The notes beneath the pieces are model-generated. The model did no database searches. It saw nothing but the letters and a program-made list of their open reading frames with translations, and was not told where the DNA came from. A stretch of DNA of 4,257 nt from a virus (lineage: Duplodnaviria > Heunggongvirae > Uroviricota > Caudoviricetes), in the IMG/VR virus record IMGVR_UViG_2541047167_000007; one strand, written 5' to 3'. Both the position numbers and the translations under genes were made by a program. Numbering within the stretch: the first letter of the stretch is position 1; every line of letters starts with the position of its first letter. Shown piece after piece: positions 1 through 4,257 of this stretch.

Positions 1-1
1 G

Positions 2-598
2 AACGTGAAAACGGATTTATCAGCAACGGAAACGGCCTGGAAGCTGTGGGAACTTATGGGGGAGGTGTATTCGAACCGCTGGACCCAGAAGAACGGGGCT
101 GCGCCGTCGAAGCTCTGGATTGCTCAGATTGGCGCGATGACTGAACAGCAAATCCGGCAGGTCTGCCGTCAGTGCATGGACCGCTGCCGGGCGGGTGAAA
201 CGTGGCCTCCGGACCTGGCTGAGTTTGTGGCGTTGATTTCGGAGAGCGGGGCAAATCCATTTGGCCTGACGGTGGATGCCGTGATGGAGGAGTACCGTCG
301 CTGGAGGAATGAATCCTGGCGGTACGACGGGAGTGATAAATACCCGTGGCCACAGCCGGTGCTGTACCACATTTGCCTCGAGATGCGTGACAGAGGGATT
401 GAGCGGCAGATGACGGAAGGTGAGTTAAAACGACTTGCAGAACGGCAACTGACGAAATGGGCAAAGCAAGTTGGTAACGGGATGAGTATTCCCCCGATCC
501 GGAGACAACTCGCATCGCCGAAGTGCCCGCAAGGGCCAACGCCAATTGAATTACTGAAACAGGAATACGAGCGCCGGAAGGCGGCTGGTTTTGTTTGA
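2..598 (+). CDS. Phage replication protein P-like (lambda P family, helicase loader); 5' end lies outside the window
   Basis: The frame is open from the window edge (codon phase 2-4) to TGA 596-598; the GTG at 5 is only the first in-window start. The translation carries lambda-P-like C-terminal motifs (PDLAEFVALI, DKYPWPQPVLYHICLEMRD, TEGELKRLAERQLTKWAKQV). Recognised from memory of lambda P, not searched. Confidence 0.65.
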   Translation, partial: NVKTDLSATETAWKLWELMGEVYSNRWTQKNGAAPSKLWIAQIGAMTEQQIRQVCRQCMDRCRAGETWPPDLAEFVALISESGANPFGLTVDAVMEEYRRWRNESWRYDGSDKYPWPQPVLYHICLEMRDRGIERQMTEGELKRLAERQLTKWAKQVGNGMSIPPIRRQLASPKCPQGPTPIELLKQEYERRKAAGFV

Positions 599-631
599 AT
601 CTGAGAAACGATTTTGTCGGAGGAAATTTTA

Positions 632-1348
632 ATGGAAACCGTATCTGACGCACTGAAAGCACTGAAAAGAGCCTCTTCACATGTGGTGGCAGCTCGCCTT
701 GGAATTAGTCGTGAAGAGGCTGTCAACGAACTGTGGAAACTGAAACGCCGTGGAGAAGCGGATAACAAGGGGGCGATATGGTGGCTGACTCAGGCTGGTG
801 AAAGTGAACCGGTGTCACCGGTACCGAAAGTGACGGCGCAAATGCTGACAGAGGCGATTGAACAACATGGCCCACAAACGGCGGATGAACTGGCATTGAT
901 GTTCGGAATTACCTCCCGCCGGGCGAATTCATCGCTGGCAATGGCAATCAGCAAAGGGTGTCTGATTCGCGTGAATCAGGATGGTAAATTTCGTTACTGC
1001 ATACCGGGCGTTGATTTACCGGCAGAGCCGAAAGCAGCATCCGTAGCTGAAACGGAGGGTAAAGCCCTTCCTCAGCCAGCTGGTGTTGCGTTACCAGTCC
1101 AGGAAACGGCTGCACAGGAAGAAATTAAAACAGAAGCGGTGGAGGACATTGTGAAGTTGCAGCAATCGTTCACTGAAGCGAAAGCAGATGACCTGATTCT
1201 ACCATCGCTGCATGTGGCTAACCGCGAGCTGCGCCGGGCGAAAAGTAATGTTCAGAAGTGGGAGCGAGTCTGTGCTGCGCTACGGGAACTGAACAAACAC
1301 AGGGATATTCTCCGGGATATTACCGCCACCAGAGAGCAGCAGCGGTGA
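632..1348 (+). CDS. Hypothetical prophage protein with two winged-helix-like repeats, an Ala/Glu/Pro-rich linker and a charged C-terminal helix (possibly DUF1627 family)
   Basis: ATG 632 follows SD GGAGGA (619-624) with a 7-nt spacer; the track start at 614 is TTG and lacks an SD. Stop is TGA 1346-1348. Two similar segments ([39 protein letters not shown] and [43 protein letters not shown]) look like wHTH units. Confidence 0.6.
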   Translation: METVSDALKALKRASSHVVAARLGISREEAVNELWKLKRRGEADNKGAIWWLTQAGESEPVSPVPKVTAQMLTEAIEQHGPQTADELALMFGITSRRANSSLAMAISKGCLIRVNQDGKFRYCIPGVDLPAEPKAASVAETEGKALPQPAGVALPVQETAAQEEIKTEAVEDIVKLQQSFTEAKADDLILPSLHVANRELRRAKSNVQKWERVCAALRELNKHRDILRDITATREQQR

Positions 1349-1662
1349 GTGGCTGGAAGAAGTGGCGCTGGGCTGAAATCCTGATACTCCGGCAGTGTGC
1401 GGGAACGATGAGAGTCGAAAGCATCGGTTATCTGATTGGCCGTAGTGAGTCAGCCGTCAGGACGAAAGCGCGGGAACTGGGTATCAGCATGATGTTACGG
1501 GGTGATTATCACCAGTCAGCCAAATGTTCACAGCGTGATATTGAGCTGGCGTGGCAACTGCATCAGCGTGGTGTACCCCGACGGGAAATTGCCGAAAAGT
1601 TTGGGATGAAGTTGGGCGCAGTGAATAACTACGTTTATTTCGACAGGAGGGTTCAGGAGTGA
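1345..1662 (+). CDS. Small putative helix-turn-helix DNA-binding protein (start uncertain: GTG 1345 or ATG 1408)
   Basis: GTG 1345 overlaps the upstream stop (GTGA), suggesting translational coupling; the alternative ATG 1408 has only a weak GGGA SD. Stop is TGA 1660-1662. HTH-like segments are [15 protein letters not shown] and [19 protein letters not shown]. The track's longer 1258 start would overlap the upstream gene by 90 nt. Confidence 0.5.
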   Translation: MSGWKKWRWAEILILRQCAGTMRVESIGYLIGRSESAVRTKARELGISMMLRGDYHQSAKCSQRDIELAWQLHQRGVPRREIAEKFGMKLGAVNNYVYFDRRVQE

Positions 1663-1961
1663 GGGTGAGGGTTTATATCGCCGGTCCGATGACGGGATAT
1701 GAAAATTTTAACCGCGAGGCATTTCACAAAACGGAAGAGGTGCTGAAACGGGAAGGGCATACCGTTTTAAACCCGGCAGTACTTCCGGACGGGCTGACTC
1801 AGCCACACTACATGGATATTTGCATGGCAATGCTCCGTTGCGTGGATGCGGTTTACATGCTGAAAGGCTGGCAGCAGTCGGCAGGTGCAGGGGCTGAGCT
1901 GGCACTGGAGGAGAAACCGGGCCATGCGGTGATTTTTCAGGAGGTGGGCAGTGAATATTGA
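1659..1961 (+). CDS. DUF4406 family protein (nucleoside 2-deoxyribosyltransferase-like fold)
   Basis: GTG 1659 overlaps the upstream TGA (GTGA), with SD AGGAGG at 1645-1650; GTG 1665 is an alternative start. The N-terminal RVYIAGPMTG motif and the 100-aa length are typical of DUF4406 as I recall the family. Stop is TGA 1959-1961. Confidence 0.7.
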   Translation: MRVRVYIAGPMTGYENFNREAFHKTEEVLKREGHTVLNPAVLPDGLTQPHYMDICMAMLRCVDAVYMLKGWQQSAGAGAELALEEKPGHAVIFQEVGSEY

Positions 1962-2268
1962 CCCGGCGATAACGATTGATATGGCCCTGAACGCCGGCCT
2001 GGCACTTCTTGGTTATTTCTACATTATGTTCTGCAGCGGACGATGGCTGTCACTGTTGTTCATGAAAAAATGGAATAAACGCCGTAAGCAGGAGCAACGC
2101 CAGAAGGCAATGGATGCATTTTTCGAAGCCTTCGGAATTGACGGCATGGAACCAGGGGATCCAGCTCGCGCAATCAGCAGAGGGGGTGTAGTAATCCTTG
2201 TATATCGGAGTGAAGAGAAAAATGACGATCACAAAACAACGTGTAGAAGAAATCATATCCCGCATTGA
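1951..2268 (+). CDS. Small single-pass membrane protein, hypothetical
   Basis: GTG 1951 follows SD AGGAGG (1939-1944) with a 6-nt spacer and overlaps the upstream gene by 11 nt. A hydrophobic segment (LNAGLALLGYFYIMFCSGRWLSLLF) is followed by a basic cluster (KKWNKRRKQEQRQK). The last ~15 codons overlap the next gene out of frame, so the 3' end is uncertain. Confidence 0.45.
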   Translation: MNIDPAITIDMALNAGLALLGYFYIMFCSGRWLSLLFMKKWNKRRKQEQRQKAMDAFFEAFGIDGMEPGDPARAISRGGVVILVYRSEEKNDDHKTTCRRNHIPH

Positions 2269-2539
2269 AATGTATGGACATGGTGCAGGGTATATCGCAG
2301 ACGAGGTTAATGATCTGGCTATACTGGCGCTGAATTTATCAAATATCGCGAACCTGAAGCGATACGAGCTTGATATGGGAGGTTGCGACTCGTGCGGTCA
2401 GGATTGTGGCGCTGATATGACTGAAGATCCTGATGGTGATTATGTCCTGTTTGATGACGTGGTTAAGTTGTTTGAATTTGATACAACCACTCAAAAGTTA
2501 GAAATCCCGGCAAAGGAGGCAGCCAGTGGGCAAGATTGA
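2222..2539 (+). CDS. Hypothetical acidic protein with a CxxCxxxC cysteine cluster
   Basis: ATG 2222 is preferred over the track's TTG 2198; GGAG/GAAGAG lie upstream. Stop is TGA 2537-2539. It contains CDSCGQDCG followed by an Asp-rich stretch. No family recognised. Confidence 0.5.
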   Translation: MTITKQRVEEIISRIEMYGHGAGYIADEVNDLAILALNLSNIANLKRYELDMGGCDSCGQDCGADMTEDPDGDYVLFDDVVKLFEFDTTTQKLEIPAKEAASGQD

Positions 2540-2963
2540 CTATCAGGCACTGCGTGAGGCAGCACAAAACTATCAATCGACGCTGGCGTGGTATCAGGCT
2601 ACCCCGGACAGCCCAAATGCTGAACGGGATTGTGATGCGGCTCTTGCTGCGTTTAAGCGTCACATCCGTCATCGGGAAGCGGATATTATCGCTGATTTGC
2701 TGGATGGACTGGAAGAAGCAAAATCACAACTCAACGAGCAGCGTGAGTATTACGAAGGCGTTATCTCTGATGGGAGCAAGCGTATTGCTGAACTGGAAGC
2801 GCGGGAAGTTCAATTACCGACTCGCTACGACCTTCGATATGGACACCCGATAAATGCAGATGAGCGACATGTCATGATACCTAAAGAAAATGGCAGTTGG
2901 CTTTACCTGATTGACCTAGAACACGCATTACGCGTCGCTGGCATTCGCATCAAAGGAGAGTGA
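2526..2963 (+). CDS. Ead/Ea22-like family phage protein
   Basis: GTG 2526 follows SD AAGGAGG (2513-2519) with a 6-nt spacer. The N-terminal IDYQALREAA, the central LNEQREYYEGVISDGSKRIAELE and the C-terminal AGIRIKGE match my recollection of lambda Ea22-type proteins. Not searched. Confidence 0.6.
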   Translation: MGKIDYQALREAAQNYQSTLAWYQATPDSPNAERDCDAALAAFKRHIRHREADIIADLLDGLEEAKSQLNEQREYYEGVISDGSKRIAELEAREVQLPTRYDLRYGHPINADERHVMIPKENGSWLYLIDLEHALRVAGIRIKGE

Positions 2964-2964
2964 G

Positions 2965-3156
2965 ATGAACGGACAAATATCAATTGTTCGACCAGGAGCA
3001 TGTGACGATCGCGAAATACGAATGATTATTCGTCTGGCGATGGGGAAAACAATAACTGCTCTCATTACTCCAGAAAATCTCGCATTAGCATTAACAGGAA
3101 AGTCAGACATGCCAGTAGAGCTAAAGCTGCGAAATGTTGAGATTAAGGTGAAATAG
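2965..3156 (+). CDS. Hypothetical small protein (63 aa)
   Basis: ATG 2965 lies 1 nt after the upstream stop, with SD AGGAGA (2953-2958). Stop is TAG 3154-3156. No family recognised. Confidence 0.5.
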   Translation: MNGQISIVRPGACDDREIRMIIRLAMGKTITALITPENLALALTGKSDMPVELKLRNVEIKVK

Positions 3157-3158
3157 CT

Positions 3159-3716
3159 ATGACCACTATTACCAAAGATCGACTGCTGACAATCCAGCAT
3201 TGGCGCGAAACATACGGACCGGGTAGCAACGTTGTGCTTCCAGCAGAAGAAGCGGAAGAGCTGGCACGGATTGCGCTGGCATCACTGGCAGCAGTATCGG
3301 ATGAACGAGCAGCCTATGAATTATTTATGGAGAAGCGTTTCGGGGAATCTGTAGATCGCCGCAGAGCAAAAAATGGCGATAGAGAATACATGGCATGGGA
3401 TATGGCGCTTGGCTGGATTATCTGGTGTCACCGCGCCGCCATGCTTCAGGCTGGAAACTTTCGGGAAAATAAGGGTTCGTCAACCAATAATTTTCGGATA
3501 ATCTCGGAAACGTCAACCAACTCTCCGGCAATCCCTGATGAGGTGTTGTCCGCAATCCTGAAGGTCGCCAGGCTTCGTGCAGATTTCGATGCTTCTGAAG
3601 TGGACAGGCGAGGTATCGGTAGTTGTCTGGATGAGGCCGAGCAAGAACTTATCGTTACCATTAACGAATACGCCAGTCAGATCGCAGTAGAAGCGACACA
3701 GGGGGAGAACCAATGA
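3159..3716 (+). CDS. Hypothetical prophage protein (185 aa)
   Basis: ATG 3159 lies 2 nt after the upstream stop, with AAGGTGA upstream. Stop is TGA 3714-3716. Coding-like composition; no family recognised. Confidence 0.6.
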   Translation: MTTITKDRLLTIQHWRETYGPGSNVVLPAEEAEELARIALASLAAVSDERAAYELFMEKRFGESVDRRRAKNGDREYMAWDMALGWIIWCHRAAMLQAGNFRENKGSSTNNFRIISETSTNSPAIPDEVLSAILKVARLRADFDASEVDRRGIGSCLDEAEQELIVTINEYASQIAVEATQGENQ

Positions 3717-3790
3717 GCCGGCCAGATGCATTTGCAGGCGTTGCTATAGCTATTGCTTTTCTAGTATATGTTATTTGTCGGTGGGGGTAA
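3713..3790 (+). CDS. Candidate small hydrophobic peptide (25 aa: MSRPDAFAGVAIAIAFLVYVICRWG)
   Basis: ATG 3713 overlaps the upstream stop (ATGA), with a GGGGGAG SD at 3701-3707. One predicted transmembrane helix. Stop is TAA 3788-3790. Absent from the ORF track, presumably for length. Confidence 0.3.
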   Translation: MSRPDAFAGVAIAIAFLVYVICRWG

Positions 3791-3825
3791 AAACGTTCGC
3801 CGGGATTCACACCAAGGGAGGGAAT

Positions 3826-3930
3826 ATGTCGGATGATATTTCACTGGTAATGGAAGGCGCTCTGGCTGTTATTGCTGTTGTGGGTGTTTACTGCCTGGTT
3901 GTGTTTTTGATGGAGCGCCTGGGGAACTGA
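3826..3930 (+). CDS. Candidate small membrane peptide (34 aa: MSDDISLVMEGALAVIAVVGVYCLVVFLMERLGN)
   Basis: ATG 3826 sits 5 nt after a strong SD AAGGGAGGG (3813-3821). Acidic N-terminus followed by a ~20-residue hydrophobic helix. Stop is TGA 3928-3930. Absent from the ORF track. Confidence 0.4.
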   Translation: MSDDISLVMEGALAVIAVVGVYCLVVFLMERLGN

Positions 3931-3940
3931 ATTCATTCCG

Positions 3941-3956
3941 TATGGGAATTCCCATA
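3941..3956. repeat. Perfect 16-bp palindrome TATGGGAATTCCCATA, centred on GAATTC
   Basis: Read directly: 3941-3956 is its own reverse complement, and the flanks CCG / TCGG extend it imperfectly. It lies 11 nt after the 34-aa ORF stop and 15 nt before the candidate hok -35. Confidence 0.9.
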
Positions 3957-3970
3957 TCGGGCAAAACGGT

Positions 3971-3998
3971 TTGCTGTAAAGCGAGAGTTAAGTAGAAT
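3971..3998 (+). promoter_or_regulatory. Candidate sigma70 promoter for the hok/mok mRNA
   Basis: -35 TTGCTG (3971-3976), 16-nt spacer, -10 TAGAAT (3993-3998); this would give a ~115-nt leader before the mok-like ATG. Pattern match only. Confidence 0.3.
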
Positions 3999-4016
3999 TG
4001 CTGCGGGTGCTTGAGG

Positions 4017-4052
4017 CTGTCTGCCTCGGGCATGCCACCGTAAGGCAGACAG
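4017..4052 (+). other. Stem-loop in the predicted hok mRNA 5' leader (10-bp stem, 16-nt loop)
   Basis: CTGTCTGCCT (4017-4026) is the exact reverse complement of AGGCAGACAG (4043-4052). No U-tract follows on either strand, so it is not a canonical terminator. Confidence 0.5.
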
Positions 4053-4128
4053 AGAAAAGCCCCAGTTAACATTACGCGTCCTGCAAGACGCTTAACATTA
4101 ATCTGAGGCCCAATCTATATGAAAGACA
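4050..4128 (-). ncRNA. sok: Predicted Sok-like antisense RNA, complementary to the mok-like translation initiation region
   Basis: A minus-strand promoter is predicted just downstream. On the minus strand GCCUCAG (4109-4103) pairs with CUGGGGC (4065-4059), including one G-U wobble, followed by UUUUCUCU (4058-4051), a terminator-like structure. The RNA would cover the mok-like SD (4105-4108) and ATG (4119). Inference by analogy to hok/sok. Confidence 0.4.
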
Positions 4129-4257
4129 AATCTAGGTTAGCCTCTTACGCGCCGAAAGGCAAGGAGAAGCAGGCTATGAAGCAGCAAAAGGCGATGTTAA
4201 TCGCCCTGATCGTCATCTGTTTAACCGTCATAGTGACGGCACTGGTAACGAGGAAAG
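4119..4257 (+). CDS. mok: Mok-like upstream reading frame, in frame with hok (19-codon N-terminal extension: MKDKSRLASYAPKGKEKQA); 3' partial
   Basis: ATG 4119 follows GAGG (4105-4108) with a 10-nt spacer; the frame runs without a stop into the hok ATG at 4176. This mirrors chromosomal mok/hok pairs, which as I recall share frame and stop codon. Confidence 0.35.
   Translation, partial: MKDKSRLASYAPKGKEKQAMKQQKAMLIALIVICLTVIVTALVTRK
4134..4162 (-). promoter_or_regulatory. Candidate promoter for the sok-like antisense RNA
   Basis: Minus strand: -35 TTGCCT (4162-4157), 17-nt spacer, -10 TAACCT (4139-4134), predicting a transcription start near 4126-4128. The -10 is weak (TANNNT only). Confidence 0.3.
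4176..4257 (+). CDS. hok: Hok/Gef-family type I toxin (RelF/HokD-like N-terminus); 3' end outside the window
   Basis: ATG 4176 follows SD AAGGAGA (4161-4167) with an 8-nt spacer. The translation MKQQKAMLIALIVICLTVIVTALVTRK matches the conserved Hok/Gef/RelF N-terminal transmembrane region from memory. The frame is open to the window end. Confidence 0.8.
   Translation, partial: MKQQKAMLIALIVICLTVIVTALVTRK

Noticed and set aside
20-768. Three long minus-strand ORFs (20-370, 54-680, 169-768) antisense to the P-like gene
   Set aside because: They overlap a plus-strand gene with recognisable family motifs and run across the intergenic SD and start of the next gene. Their translations are low-complexity Ser/Arg/Pro-rich, typical of antisense frames. 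They overlap each other in different frames and have no convincing start context.
1258-1344. Upstream extension of the HTH ORF (track start at 1258)
   Set aside because: It would overlap the preceding gene by 90 nt in another frame. The GTG at 1345, overlapping the upstream stop, and the ATG at 1408 are more plausible starts.
1708-1905. Minus-strand 65-aa ORF inside the DUF4406 gene
   Set aside because: Entirely antisense to a plus-strand gene with a conserved family motif; no SD; Pro/Ala-rich translation.
2050-2265. Minus-strand 71-aa ORF
   Set aside because: Antisense to the plus-strand membrane-protein gene within a tightly coupled plus-strand operon; no supporting start context.
2463-2672. 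Minus-strand 69-aa ORF
   Set aside because: Antisense across the junction of two plus-strand genes, including the SD and GTG start of the Ea22-like gene; likely spurious.
2536-2853. Plus-strand 105-aa ORF in an alternative frame inside the Ea22-like gene
   Set aside because: Fully nested in a different frame within a gene that has recognisable Ea22-like motifs; no SD.
2928-3200. Minus-strand 90-aa ORF
   Set aside because: Antisense to the 63-aa gene and both flanking gene junctions; inconsistent with the operon structure.
3446-3731. Minus-strand ORFs 3446-3661 and 3513-3731
   Set aside because: Both are antisense within the 185-aa plus-strand gene, overlap each other, and have no start signals.
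3941-3956. The palindrome as a mobile-element inverted repeat or insertion scar
   Set aside because: It is a single short perfect palindrome with no flanking direct repeats and no transposase. An operator or hairpin is the simpler explanation.
4017-4052. The 10-bp stem-loop as a Rho-independent terminator
   Set aside because: No U-rich tract follows the stem on either strand, and it lies downstream of the candidate hok promoter. It is more likely a 5' leader structure of the hok mRNA.
3869-4072. Minus-strand 67-aa ORF spanning the small-peptide gene, the palindrome and the hok leader
   Set aside because: It crosses predicted regulatory and RNA-structure elements, has no SD, and gives a Pro/Gln-rich low-complexity translation. 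The region is better explained by the plus-strand peptide ORF and hok/sok regulatory RNA.
1-4257. tRNA, rRNA, CRISPR array or integrase/attachment site
   Set aside because: No cloverleaf-like conserved tRNA motifs, no regularly spaced direct repeats, and no integrase-like ORF were seen. The window is essentially all protein-coding plus the hok regulatory region.

Overview
This window reads as a lambdoid-prophage accessory region from an enterobacterial (E. coli-like, ~50% GC) genome, with all credible genes on the + strand. It opens inside the 3' part of a lambda-P-like replication gene. A tightly packed operon of about ten small genes follows (632-3790), most with start/stop overlaps, including a DUF4406 (nucleoside 2-deoxyribosyltransferase-like) protein and an Ead/Ea22-like protein. 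The window ends in a hok/mok/sok-type type I toxin-antitoxin locus: a Hok/Gef-family toxin gene truncated at the 3' edge, an in-frame mok-like leader frame, and a predicted sok-like antisense RNA. Between the operon and hok sit two tiny hydrophobic ORFs that the ORF track missed, and a perfect 16-bp palindrome. No tRNA, rRNA, CRISPR array or transposase is visible. All family assignments come from reading the translations and from memory of the families, not from any search. The best candidates for something undescribed are the coupled HTH-DUF4406-membrane protein trio and the small hydrophobic peptides next to hok, but their functions cannot be settled from sequence alone.
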